A stretch of 64,000 nucleotides of DNA from Octopus sinensis (taxonomy: Eukaryota), in NCBI RefSeq assembly GCF_006345805.1, contig NC_043007.1, positions 69,006,001-69,070,000 of the forward strand. Reading direction: 5' to 3'. The position numbers were made by a program, and so were the translations under genes. Shown in pieces: positions 1 through 13,357 of the stretch. The notes beneath the pieces are model-generated. The model was not told the origin of the DNA and did no database searches. It saw nothing but the letters and a program-made list of their open reading frames with translations. Each line of letters opens with the position of its first letter. The first letter of the stretch is position 1.

Positions 1-36
1 TATATATATATATATGTACATACATACACACACATA

Positions 37-504
37 TCTATTATATAAATTCCGTGAGTGTAAATTATATAAATTCTGTGTGTGTGTGTCTTCTAGGATC
101 TCGGGCATCCTCCATCCGATTGCACTCAAATTTGATATGTAGATACCGACGGTATCAGGGCGTGTATAAGTCTCGAAAAAATTACAAAAATCGATTCCAG
201 GTGAGAATGCGATCGATAAAGCCATGAGAACATGCATTTGTACGCGCAAGTACATCAGCTGCTGCGATGTTCTTACTGGTACTTTAAACTCTTCGGTTGC
301 GTATTTGTGTGAATAAAATCGTTTTTCTTTGGAATAGAATTAAAAAAATCTATCTTTATTTCTTTTGCTGGTGTCTCAAAATTAGGTTAAATCAGTGTTT
401 TTCAAAGGGGAGGCCTATGGGACACTCGGACAAGTTGTTTTTAGAAAATTTGGTTTAAATGTTTGACAACTCACCACCATCCATTGGACAGGGGGTGTTT
501 TGCT

Positions 505-506
<2 letters not shown>
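37..506 (+). mobile_element. Non-autonomous Helitron-like element (family H1, copy 1)
   Basis: A|TCTATTATATAAA 5' end, (GT)n near the 5' end, ends GCTCG|T; second copy at 20694-21368. Confidence 0.55.
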
Positions 507-740
<234 letters not shown>

Positions 741-2119
741 CGATACAAATGTTGGTTAGCTGATTAGTAGATTTCTCCGGTCACATTTTACATAGTATAG
801 AGGAGAGAAAGAGAGAAAAGAGAAGGATACAGAACAGAGTAAGAGAGAGTGTGGGGTGTAAAAGTGTGACACAGAGAGTGTTAACATAACAGGTGCTGGA
901 TGAGTGCATACATGAGGGTCGGTGGAAGACAATGAATGAATGTTATACACATTCACATAGTATGAACGATAGAATCATAGAGATAAGTGTTTATGTATAT
1001 GTGAAAGAGAGAGATAGTGGGAGTGAGTGTATGTGTGTATGTGTGTGTGTTGTGTGTGTATGTGCATGTGTGTGTAAGTACGTGTATGTGCACGTATGTG
1101 TACTGTTATAATAAAGAGTTAACACAGGAAACTTGTCTTCATTTTTCTTTTTTTTTTTTTGACTAGTTGAACTTTTATTTAATTTTATTTATAGTGTAAT
1201 AAATACTTTTCTTTCGAAAATTGATAATCATTTCATCAGTTTATATAGGCACTTAAAGTTGATAAGGAAAGCAATGTGTGAAAACTTGATACATCCCAAT
1301 AAATAATACACCTTTGCGGGTTGTGAAGGCTATGTTTCTTTAAGTTACATATGTTGCCACTAATATCACTTATTATCTAAATATTGCACCCGAAGCGACC
1401 ATATATTAAGATTCTAGAGTGTATAACATTTACAATGTATATGTAAATGTGGAACGGCACTTGCGTGTTACAAACATAAGGCTTCGCTCTGAACGTCGGT
1501 GAATCGCGAGACACACGGATTTCGACATGTCTTAGTATCCTCATTAACGAATTTCCCATGCATCCTGAACTAAGCCTTAAAAGGCTTTTTTCCAATATAG
1601 AAATCAATAAACATAATATTTATTAATTTGTGCAAATGTTAGCTCGGCCAGGATAAAAAAGATGAAAACGAAGATGATTCGAGTACCGAAGTATGAAGAA
1701 AGGGTTAAAAATAGGATACCATTTTCCAAGTACTTAATAGCACTCAATTGCACATTTCAAGTATGTATACTGTTAATCCTTAATCCTTCTACTTCTTTAT
1801 CACTTTATTGCTCATTTCCTTTAGTGATGTTTATCAATTTGCATTTAGAAATCATTATTATTCAATAGAGAAAACAATTATATTATTGATTATTTAATGC
1901 AATATATCTTTAGAAGTAAAGTCAGTTTGAGGCATATGTTTAATCAATGGACGGGCGGTGGTTATTCTACTTATCTCTCATATTTTTCCTATACAATTCA
2001 ATGTATAACAAAGAAAACATAATGTATGACAGTAGTAACAATGTACGTATCAATTTCACTAATGAAGCTAATATCGTTACGACTAAATGTATTTGATCCA
2101 TGTTAATATGCAAGACGCC

Positions 2120-2320
2120 ATGATAGATCGCTAGCCACTACACACATTTTTTTCTCTCCTTGTTTCTCTCCTTGTTTTCTGTGTCCCTTTCTGTAGAAGA
2201 GCGTAGGCTCGAAACGTACAAGACTTTTTCTATTCCTGAGCGTTATACTAATACATCTGTTTGTTTTGTACACCACCCGTCTTCGTCTTTTGCTTTTTTC
2301 GCGTAAACTCTCCCTTAGTA
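2120..2320 (+). mobile_element. Penelope-like pLTR fragment carrying a hammerhead motif
   Basis: Homologous to 23395-23565 (-); contains CTGTAGA-A-GAGC-GTAG-GCTC-GAA-ACGT-A. Confidence 0.55.
2186..2224 (+). ncRNA. Minimal type-I hammerhead-like motif (CUGUAGA core variant)
   Basis: Stem II GAGC/GCTC, GAA, palindromic ACGT stem III, GUA triplet; stem I has a mismatch. Confidence 0.45.
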
Positions 2321-3535
2321 TGTAAGATAATAGGTTATGAGGTTCATTTGCTTTCTGTTTTCGTATAAAGCAGCTTTAAAACTATTTAAGCCTCCTTTGC
2401 TTAGATCTGGTTTTATGAAATACAAGCTTAAAAGTCTCACTGTGCGGACTTTTAAGCTAGCTCCTGCGGAGGGCTTATTGGTCCTGCGGCCCCAAACTAA
2501 AGGAAGTTAAATAGTATGACTATAATACGTCTATAATGACTATATGCCCCAGTGGTGTTAGATCAGAGATTAAGGACGGATGAGAATTAATTCCGTAATG
2601 CAATCATTCTATTGTTCCAGTCCCAAGTTGAATTCCAGCTGTTGGCCAATTTGTCTCAAAGTTCTTATCTCGACGTAAAATTAACGAAGCATCCTTCTTG
2701 ATCTCTGACATCATCTGACAAACACCAACTAAGATGGTGTGCATCAGCCAAGTTTTACCTGTTGGAAATAGCAACCCAAATGCTTTTAAAGCAGATCCCA
2801 ATGATGTATGTTCAAGAACCAAATGAAGGGCAGATTTTCAATCCCGGGATCATTCTGATTCCAAAATGTTATAATATGTTTATGTGGACCGAGATACAGG
2901 GGTCCCAGACGGACAGACAGAATTTCGCTTTTATTAAAATAGAAAATATATGTGAAATAAATCTTCTAACTCGAGAGAGTGTCACAGTATTACAGTATAC
3001 ACTTCTAAATGATTTGGTAGCTAATCCAGGTCATAGTTGAGAGTATGTTGGTTAAAAGAGTTTGCCCCAGAATATGCAATTAAATATCTGCAGCAGCTTT
3101 TAAATCGTGACCTCTAAACAACTAATTCACTCGGTCATTTGTTTCTACTAAAGGCAAATTCGTAATTATTAAATCAAGTTTCACTTTACATCAGTTCATT
3201 TTAAATTGTAATCAATTCTTGGATCCTTCAAAGATATCGTAATCCGAGTCAAATTCCAATTTCGCGTAGCAGTAACCAGCTGGGGCCCCAAACTGCCGCT
3301 AGCAGAAGACACATTCCTGAATAGCAATTGCAAAGCGAAATTATTAACCCATCAACCATGCCTGTACCTAGCAAAGCAAATTAACTATACATTCATTCAT
3401 ACATATATGCATGTATGCATGCATACATACATACACGCATCGCACACATACACACAAACACATACACTCACACAGGCACACACACCCACATACACATATA
3501 CACACACACAAACACACATACACATATAGTGTATA

Positions 3536-3860
3536 CATAGTGGAAACTCGATTTACGCATTTAATTCGTTATTAAAGGTGGTTCGTCAGCCAGAATATTC
3601 GTAAACCGAAACTATTTTTCTTATTGGAAATTCAGGAGATGACACGGAGAATTCGAGCAGGGATGTGCATTGAACCAAAGCTAGATAACAACTAACGTTC
3701 TCTCGCTGATACTCGCAGCTTGTCGCTAATCACTGTTGTCGACTTGCGTGTTTGTTACTCGAGACACCGTTCGTCACCCGAGACGTTTTATGTTCAAAAG
3801 ATTGTTCGTAAACCTATTTGTTCGTGATGAGAAGCGTTCGCAAACCGAGGTTCTACCGTG
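3536..3860. mobile_element. Tigger/pogo-like MITE
   Basis: TA flanks; imperfect TIRs CATAGTGGAAACTCGATTTACG / CGCAAACCGAGGTTCTACCGTG. Confidence 0.55.
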
Positions 3861-3914
3861 TATATAGATAGACAAACAGGCTGACAGACAGGTACACAGA
3901 CAGATAGATAGATA

Positions 3915-4871
3915 CGAGGTGGTATCAAAAAGTTAACGGACTAGTTCTGTAGTGCCCTAACAGAAGATGACAGTGATCTTTATGAGGCAGTGAGCTGAGT
4001 GACATCTGGGTGCTTACTTCGCAAGTTGTGGAATTTGTGCTTTTGCAATCACGTGTATGTTGTAGTCTGCGATTTTGTCGTGGACAGAAACAAAGAGCCA
4101 ACGTGAAATTTTGCGTTAAACTGGGGAAGTGTGCTTCAGAGTCATTGAGTATGCTTCGGCAAGCTTACAGCGACGTGACAACGGGTCATACGCAATGTTT
4201 CGGGTGGTACAGGTGTTTCGAAAGCAGAAGAACGTCCCTGGAAGACGATGAGCGATCTGGAACACCTGCCACGAGTGTCACCTCCAGAAGTCTGAAGAAA
4301 AATTCATCAGCTTGTGTATGAAAATCGTCGGAAGACAATCAACGACATTGCAGACGCTGTTGGTCTGTCGTATGAGTTCGTGCAGGCAATTCTAATGTCT
4401 GAATTGAACATGCGGCGTGTCACAGAGCAGAAAGAGCAACACGTGGAAGTTTGTCATGGTCTACGTCAGCGACCTTGGGTCTACGGGGACGACCACGAAA
4501 CAAAGCAGCAGTCATCAAAATGGAAGAGGCCTTGATTTCCACGACCGATGATGTCACTTCGGAGCCGCAGCTCAATCAAAAGCATACTAATCACTTTTTT
4601 TTTGTTTTTTGATATCCGGCGGTATCGTGCATCAAGAATTCGTCCCTTAAGATCAGAGCACTAATCGAGAGTTCTGCTGAGCCGCTTTGAAGCGTTTGAA
4701 GGACGACATTCGGCGAAAGCAACTGAATCTGTGGAGTGCGAGGAATTGGATTCTTCACGACGGCAATGTATTCTGTCACCGAGCCCTTCTCACTCGTGAG
4801 TTTCTCGTCAAAAATAGCATGGTATCGCTCTCGCACCCGCATAACTAGTCCGGGAACCTTTTGATACCATC
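3915..4871 (+). mobile_element. Degenerate, internally deleted mariner transposon
   Basis: TIR CGAGGTGGTATCAAAAAGTT..GGACTAGTT at both ends; frameshifted transposase remnants 'QRANVKFCVKLGK', 'EDDERSG', 'ENRRKTINDIA', 'HETKQQS.KWK', 'WILHDGN'. Confidence 0.85.
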
Positions 4872-4882
4872 TATCTCTCTTG

Positions 4883-4959
<77 letters not shown>

Positions 4960-5022
4960 CATCCATCCATCCATCCCTCTATCTCTCCATCTGTCTAGTA
5001 GATAGATAGCTAGCTAGCTAGC

Positions 5023-5155
<133 letters not shown>

Positions 5156-5334
5156 TGATGCAGTGGGCAGCATTAATAAGCTGGAAATACGGCGAAATGT
5201 TGTATCTGCCCACTTCGGTGTCACGTCTGGGTCGATTTCATTTCACCTAACATTTAAATATGTTTTTTAATACTATACGTCTATAAAGGGATCTTAACAC
5301 ACATACTTTAAGTATGTGATATTAATAATGTTTA

Positions 5335-5480
5335 TGTGTGAGTATATATACTTTATTTAAAAGCAACAGAAATTTAACAAATTTTGTTAAATTTCTGCTG
5401 CTTTTAAATAAAGCATATTACTCTACCTCTGGTATTTGAGTACTCTTTTTTCCACCTTGTTTCACATTATGTGTTTACTC

Positions 5481-5485
<5 letters not shown>
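5335..5485 (-). mobile_element. PLE pLTR derivative with collapsed palindrome
   Basis: Shares sequence with 21860-22050 (tattactctacctctggtatttgagtactc...gtgtttactccg). Confidence 0.5.
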
Positions 5486-5546
<61 letters not shown>

Positions 5547-5670
5547 TATATATATCAGCAGCGTGACTGTGTTGTAAGGAACTTGCTTCCCAACCATGTA
5601 CTTCTGGGTTCAGTCTTCTACTATAGCCTAGTGAGTGGATCTGGTAGATGGAAACTGAAAGAAGCCCGTC

Positions 5671-5714
<44 letters not shown>

Positions 5715-5950
5715 TGGTTGAATCGCGTAATACGAATCCCATGTGAAAGGCTCGCCAACCAAATCTTTCAGTGGAAAAGAGACGGAGAGGACGCCCAAAC
5801 ATCAATTGGCACCACACTGTCTACAGGGACATGCAGCTGATTGACAGAACATAGAATGATGCATTGAGTGTAGCGAGGAACTGCGATTACTGGCACACTT
5901 TGACTGCCTCTTGCGTCTCTAGGCGTGGAGCTCTAAGCCTAAGTAAGTAC
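5715..5950 (+). mobile_element. RTE-type LINE 3' end
   Basis: Translates to RTE-like C-terminal motifs (R.G..NINWHHTVYRDM...NDALSVA...W..L...C); (TAAG) tail. Confidence 0.6.
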
Positions 5951-6993
5951 ACGACTGGTACTTATATCGACTTTCTCCGAAATCAAATTCTGTAGAGAGT
6001 GGTCAGGTACTAGGGTCGATGATAACGATTACTCCCTTCTGAAAACCGTATACTAGAAACAATTACATCAGAATAAAGAATGCTAAAGTCAACCTCATTA
6101 CAATTTGAACTCCGAACCTAGAACCGATGTTCTAAAAGTTCTGTCAATCCACAATTCTTATATTATCATTGTCAGAGAGATGAGAGACTGACCGTATCCT
6201 CGGCTGAGTTTAAACACCGTATGTAGAGAATGAATGAAGGTAAAACATCTGCAATGCGTTTATGCAATGCTTGGCTCCGATTCTAGTATTTTTTGGCTAA
6301 TTTGCCATATCGAACGTAAAATCATGGATAAGGAAATAGCAAATTCATTTTGCTGATGACAAATAGATAGCGATAAATAGTAAACAAACATCTGTAGTAT
6401 CTGGTGTATACTGAGCAAGATAAAACTGTGAGTAATCCTGCAGAGAAAATAAGATGATTGTAATCAGGACCACATTTAATAGAAAAATACATAGAACTGC
6501 TTAATTTATAGGTTTTTCAGGCCATTCTGATATATAATGATTAGATGTTAATCAACATAACATCATTGATATCATTAATTGTTACGATAACTGTTCTGAT
6601 TTTTCCTTTTGGTTTCGACAGAGGGTGAAGTGTTTGGCAAAGAAGAGAGAAAGTTGTATTATTGAGATTGGGGCCTGAAGACCTATAGTACGCTTACAAC
6701 AAAGTGTAACCTTCTAAAAGCAGCTAAAAGTCATGTGACCAGTCGACGGATTACGTCAACACCCAAGATTCCGACAATTCTTTTAAACAGACATCCACGC
6801 TGTTTCCATTTAGCAAATTCCATTCATGATGCTTTTGGTCTGCCTGAAGCTACGTACAATACACGTTTCCAAAGACACCTCGCTGTGAAAGTGAGCCTGA
6901 AAATACGTATCTATGAGGTAGATTTCTTAGCCGCACGGCTATGACTTTGTGTTAGTCTTTTTGAGTTGGCCAGAATACTATTTTATACTAAGA

Positions 6994-8610
6994 CTAGACT
7001 ACCTGTCACCCGTTGGGTCACCAATAGTTCAAGGTACCCGAAAAACAAACATATCTGAGGAATCCGTGGTCCGATTTACGCGAAACGTGTGTTATTCCAT
7101 TTGTATTCACATTTCAATGGTACCTTACTTTCAAAGCATTATACACCGGTTTGGCTATTTATAAAGGTACCCGAAAAAACCGCGTATCTCGGTAACCCGC
7201 GGTCCAATTTACACGAAACTTGTTTCATTCCGTCTGTATTCACATGAGCATCTGATTTATGATGTCTCCTGCTTTTGTCTCTTTCCCTCTGTTTCGCCAG
7301 ACGCTCAGCTCTCCAAGCGTCCGATTCTTGATCTCTACTGTTTCTGTCTCTTTCTCTCTGTTCCGCCAGACACTCAGCCCTTGCTTTAACAGTCTCATTG
7401 ATCCTTCAATTCACATGCTTTACCCGATCTTGGGTAAATATTTCGTAAAAGACCCGTTCGTACTTCGGTGTGAAATAATTTTTCCCACAGGTTTATCGAG
7501 TGCATTCAACGTATTTCACTTCCAAACCTGCCGCAAGCCACTTTCTCCTGGAAAATAAAAGGGTGGAGAGGTGGTGGGAACCTCGGAGTTTCCCGGGAAA
7601 CTCCGAGTTTCTCACTAATAGTTTTGTTTCACGGGTTTCTTTTCCTTTTCAGATTATTTCGCATGCTTTCAACGAATGTGACATCGAAATCACGCGTAAA
7701 CGACACCTTTCCCTAGAAAAGGAAAGATTTGACTACTATTGCTAGCACACCTTGCTACCATGTAATAGCTATTTTGGGTCCTTTATCGCAAATAGTAGTT
7801 ACATGATAGCAGGGCGTGCTAGAAATCGCAGCCAAATCTTTCCTTTTCTGGAGAAAGGAGCCGTTTACGCGTGAGTTCGATGTCACATTCGTTGAAAGCG
7901 TGCGAAATAACCTGGAAAAGAAAAGAATTTGCAAAACAAAATTCCATTAGTGGGAAACTCCGAGGTCTCCAACATCCCTCCACTTGTTTCTTTTCCGGAA
8001 GAAAGTGGCTTGCGGTGTATTTTAAGGTCAGATACGTTGAATGTACTCGAAAAAACATGTGGTAAAAGTCATTTCACACCGAGGTACAAACGGGTCCTTT
8101 ACGAAATATTTACCTACTTTTTAATAATTAAAATATTGTCTGTTTAAAGAAAACTGAATTATAAATACTCACGGTACAAACAACTTGTATTTTTGAAATC
8201 ACATTCACTTAAAAATATTTCTAAATGATTAAAATATTGTGTTTAAGAAAAACGAAAATAGAAACAACTTTCACTTTTTCGTTGGCAAGTTAAAGTCACT
8301 AAGATATTTGCCAATGTCGTGAAGCTTGTCTTCAAAGTACAGAAAGCATTTATCATAATCGAAAGGTTAGAGTTTCTTCCCTTTCAGGGTTATGTCATTT
8401 TCGGAGAATTTTCCCATTATGTACCATTTTGGGGTATTTATGAATACCCCCAAACCCGATCCCATATCTCAGGAATCCTTGGTCCGATTTACGCGAAACT
8501 TTCAGGGGTACCTTAATTCATAGTATTTTCCCATTACGCACCAGTTTGCCTGCATAAAATGACAGACAAGCAAGCTAGCAAGCAATCAGAGAGTTTTAGT
8601 AGTGTATAGA
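6994..8610 (-). mobile_element. Non-autonomous Helitron, about 1.6 kb, with internal fold-back
   Basis: Minus strand: A|TCTATACACTACTAAAA 5' end with (GCTT/GTCT) microsatellite; 3' hairpin ACCC-AAC-GGGT (7008-7018) then CTAG|T at 6994-6997. Confidence 0.75.
7433..8114. repeat. Long inverted repeat (arms of about 340 bp, loop of about 15 nt)
   Basis: 7433-7774 is a diverged reverse complement of 7790-8114. Confidence 0.9.
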
Positions 8611-9840
8611 TAGTAAGATATTTAGTTTTTTCGTGATACGTCTTTTCAATCTTTTTCTGGCGTTGTTACCCGTATTTTTGTAGCCTTTCTACACGAGAAC
8701 AGATTCCTCCTCATCTACTTAAAATTAACCGAATTGTAACATAAACTCTGTCCTCATAATATTCTGAAGCTAGTCGCTATGTTTAAATATCATTTATTCA
8801 AACTGGTTGTTGAATGTGATATTTATAATATTATGAGGCAGATGTGCTGTTATGATATTCCTGTATTTTCTACAAAAAAAAAAAGCAATTGAAGAAAAGT
8901 TATTTGAGCTGGGAATTGAAAATGAGATGAAGACCTAGCACACAAATACGTTAATTCAACATTATTCGCCATCATTTATTAGCTTTTTAAGTCTGTTGTA
9001 ACACCGATCCAGTTCAACGAGTGAGCAAAACAGCAATCATCCTTCATACTCTCTCTTTTCACCTGTGATTTACAGCCGTAATCAATACTCTTGAAGCAGA
9101 TATATCTTGGCTTAGAGTACTGACTCCCATAGATCTTACAACAAAATTTCATTTTATATGTTATTCATGGGAGTAGGACCAGCGTTTTGGATCGTAGGAG
9201 TACTCATATACCGGTGAGATTGATGTAACGGCTGGGCATTTGAAGATCATTTTCAGCAGGAAGAACGTGCGCGGCGTCGAGATAACGGGACGTTTGCGTG
9301 TGATCTGAGGATTTACAATGTAGTGAAACCTGTTAGAGATATTCAAGGTCCAAGTGATAATGTTAGAGTAAAACAATGGCCTGTTTCTTTTTAAGTTTAC
9401 CGAAAAAAATACACCTACACGTCAATACACATAAACACATGAGCAACCATCATATCCAAATGAGATTAATTAATATTTTACTTGACTACAAGAGATTTTA
9501 GGAAAGATATCAATCAATGTAGCAATAATGGAGCATCATCCTATCACAACTACAATAGAACATTCTAGCAGTCTATAAAGATGTTGTTCCTCGACAGTTA
9601 TTTACATTGATTTCTTGTAAGTGAAGAAAGACATGGGAAACCGAACGATGACGTAAACGGAAAAGGGAAGAGAAAAAATGGAGAACAAGAGAAAGTAAAA
9701 AAAAAAAAATTCTATCTTACTTCCGGTATTGTTAATGTACTTTTTGTATTATTCTACATATTCAGTGGAAAACTGACAGGTCGATACTTATCTATGTATG
9801 TATGTATGTATATATGTATGTAGATATTTTGTGTGGTGCA

Positions 9841-9886
<46 letters not shown>

Positions 9887-9907
9887 ATATATTATATATA
9901 TATATAC

Positions 9908-9978
<71 letters not shown>

Positions 9979-10301
9979 CATATATACATATATATACATA
10001 TATATAATATATATATATACATAGATATGTGTATAAGTAGATGTGGAACGATGGAGAAATTGATACTTCTAAGCAATTATGTGCGCATGTACGCATCACG
10101 TCTGCTTGTATGCATGTATATAAGAATGTATACATGATTATGTGCACACACACATATATATATACACACGCACACAAATAGGCAATACATACAGTATATT
10201 ATTTATGCATCCCCACAGAACCAGACAATCCACCCACACTGTCACATACACTGTTTTAATATGTGTGTGAGCGCAGATAGCTAAGCATGTATGTGTGTGT
10301 C

Positions 10302-10337
<36 letters not shown>

Positions 10338-10401
10338 AATATCTGTATAATATATATATATATATTATAGATAGATAGATATACATACATACATTACGTG
10401 A

Positions 10402-10433
<32 letters not shown>

Positions 10434-10435
10434 GT

Positions 10436-10630
10436 ACTGGCACTCCGTCGGTACGACGACAAGGTTCCGGTTGATCCGATCAACGGAACAGCTTGCTCGT
10501 GAAATTAACGTGCAAGTGGCTGAGCACACCACAGACACGCGTACTATTAACGTTATTCATTAGGAACTTCAGCGTGGCACAGAATATGACAGGGCTGGCC
10601 TTTTGAAATACAACTACTACTCATTTTTGC
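10436..10630 (-). mobile_element. SINE 3' half (family shared with 55971-56351 and 63493-63815)
   Basis: gcactccgtcgg..gatccgatcaacggaacagc..gctcgtgaaattaacgtg block shared with the other copies. Confidence 0.8.
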
Positions 10631-10639
10631 CAAGGTGGA

Positions 10640-11250
10640 GTGGGGGTGGAATCAATGAAGAGAGAAGGTGGGTAGGAGTGAAGAGTGGAAATATGTGTCA
10701 GATGGAGAGAGGAGAAGTGAGTCAAGTGAAGAGAGGAGGGGGAATTGAGTCCATGTGACACAAAGGAGCAAAGAGAGAATATTAATTCCTATTCACGGCG
10801 ACGACGGGAGTCCAGATGGCCCTTGTGCAAAGATAATCCGAACAGAGACAGGTGTTGTAATGAATGACCGGTAGACCGGAAATGCCGCGAGACCGATTTT
10901 GTCCTTGCTGAGTCTAATATCTCGGAGGTGCTTTGCGAACCGATAAGACAAGCGACGTCCCGTTTGACCGATGTACAGAGAAGGGCAGAAAGAGCAGGTG
11001 ATGCAGTAAATGACGTTGCTAGAAGTGCAGGTAAAGGAGTCGGTGATATAAGGACGATGATGGGTGCCTATGAAGATGGTGGTGTTGGAGAGGTAGGGGC
11101 AAGTGCGGCAACGTGAGCGGAAGCAGGGAAACGAGCCGGACTGGGATTAGGGAAGAAACTGTGGACCAGGAGGTCATGCAGGTTGTGGCATCGTATGAAG
11201 GAGGGAAGGGGTAGGTTGGAGAAAATGTGTGACGTGGAGGGGTCGGACTG
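10640..11250 (-). mobile_element. Penelope-like retroelement 3' fragment (linker plus GIY-YIG endonuclease), frameshifted
   Basis: Minus translation: 'PLPSFIRCHNLHDLLVHS', 'CRTCP', 'FTCTSSNVIYCITCSFCPSLYIGQTGRRLSYRFAKHLRDIR', ending 'HGLN'. Confidence 0.9.
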
Positions 11251-11774
11251 TAAATTGTAACAATGAAATCCTGGTGTGTGACTAATGATTATATTTTGTA
11301 TCTTTTCATTTGTCTTGCTCGCTTTACGTTCTGGTGTTTACCGAATTTTCTTGAGAACAATTTTTCTTAGTGGTCAGGCCATATGGGGTCTACATTTAGT
11401 ATATTAGTAGTCCACCTAGTGGTCATTCCTCTTAGTTGTGTGTGTAATATATGTATATATATATATATATATATTATATATATGTAATAATATATATATA
11501 AGCGTGTCTATGTGTATGTATGCATATATGTATGTATAAGGGTATATATATATATATAGGTATATATAATAATGCACCCACATAGCTCCCCATAATGTGT
11601 ATATACAAGCAAGTAGATATAGAGTATTATCATGTATAATTGATTGTTGGGCTCGATGTTCGTATTTGCGGCATTTCGTTTATATTGATATTACTTGATA
11701 TGAAGTTTGTATAGACTTTATGTTTATACGTTATATAGACTTGTCTTTGTTTTTCGTTTTGTTTATATGTATCG

Positions 11775-11862
<88 letters not shown>

Positions 11863-11990
11863 AGGGAATGAATATGTTCTATACACGAGCATATATCGTA
11901 TTTAAAATATATAAATATGCATATAAGTATATATGCATATATATATGTCTATACGTATGTTGTTCGATATATATATATATAAATATATAT

Positions 11991-12093
<103 letters not shown>

Positions 12094-12671
12094 CATTGGT
12101 GTGTATATATATATATGTGTGTGTGTGTGCGTTGATATATTTTTATGTATAAGTGTGTATGTGTGCATTAAAATATATACATGTGTTAGTGTGTGTTTGT
12201 GTAAGCGTGAGGGCTGGATGGAAACTAAAACAATATATTGTTATATATTGGTATTATTTTGTTTTTTTACGTATATATACAATTTATTTTTCTACGTCTG
12301 TATAGCGATGGATTCGTTTTTCGTTTTGTTTTATAAGTATCGATAAATATATATATGTCATTAAAGAAATAATGAGGTATATATTTAGAAATTGATTTGT
12401 TGTTTTGTCTCCTTGTAAGTATGTGGCACGTTTCGTTTGTATTGTATTACTTTGTTTCTGTTGTATGTTTTTATTTAAATGTTTTTTCTTTGACCTATTG
12501 AATTGATTTTGCTTTTCGTCTTGTTTCTATAAACGGAAAAATAGTTTTCTCCCCTGCATTCTAACAGTCAAATTTAAAATATTTAGTTTAGAATTTATAT
12601 ACATGTCCTAACATAAATAGATACATGTGTCTATCAATTGTATAGTAAGTTGTAAAAATAGATATATGTAT

Positions 12672-12746
<75 letters not shown>

Positions 12747-12854
12747 TATGGGTGTGCATGTATGTGTTCTACACGAGCTTGTGTGTGTGCATATGCATAT
12801 ATAGCATATGCGTATTTAGACGTGTATATGAATATAATTGTGCGCGTATGGGTA

Positions 12855-13357
12855 TGTGTATTTGCATTATTCCTATTTTTCAAAATTTCATATGTCTCCA
12901 TAGAACAAAGTTCACATCCATCCCTACTATTTTTATAAGTCTGTGCCTTTCTTATATCCCATTTTAGTCTAAATTCGATATTTTTTTCTTTCAGTTCCCA
13001 AATTTTACTGGACAGCATTGTGCAACCCGCCTTATGTTTAAGTCTAAAAGAAGAAAAGTGGTTGTTCAAACGTTTCTTTAGGTCTATCGAACATCTGAGA
13101 TAAAGATAGCTTTTATTTAAAGTTTTTATTGTACATTTATAAATTAAATTTTGAACCAGACAACGACCAGATACCGGACATTTTGATCTAATTCTACGGG
13201 GGTGGGGGTGATTCCTGATATTAGTATTATTGAGGAACAAGCTGTTTTCATTTTCATTACTAGAGCTATTACTAGCATTAGTGTTATTTCTCTTATCCAT
13301 AATTATATTGTTATGTATGTTAGGGTTTAGTAAATTAGTAAATATTATGTCTAGCAT
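12855..13357 (-). mobile_element. Penelope-like GIY-YIG endonuclease remnant of a second family; no RT visible
   Basis: 'CPVSGRCLVQNLIYKCTI...YLYL...KKRLNNHFSSF...LSSKIWELK...KW.I...Y....CELCSMETYEIL'; the ORF runs into a microsatellite. Confidence 0.85.

Noticed and set aside
2604-2822. Minus ORF with 'GKTWLM' (Walker-A-like) after an apparent CCAACAG acceptor
   Set aside because: The acceptor lies in a motif (ttgg.tgctatttc.a.cagg) that recurs as an old repeat near 7820, 32705, 57000 and 59000; no family recognised and no partner exons found
6607-6944. Mostly open + frame with acceptor- and donor-like sites
   Set aside because: Contains an in-frame stop, has no recognisable domain and no phase-consistent neighbouring exon could be established
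9077-9376. CpG-rich segment with possible exon readings on both strands (including 'DNGTFACD', Ig-like)
   Set aside because: Each reading is interrupted by stops and none is convincing without a homology search
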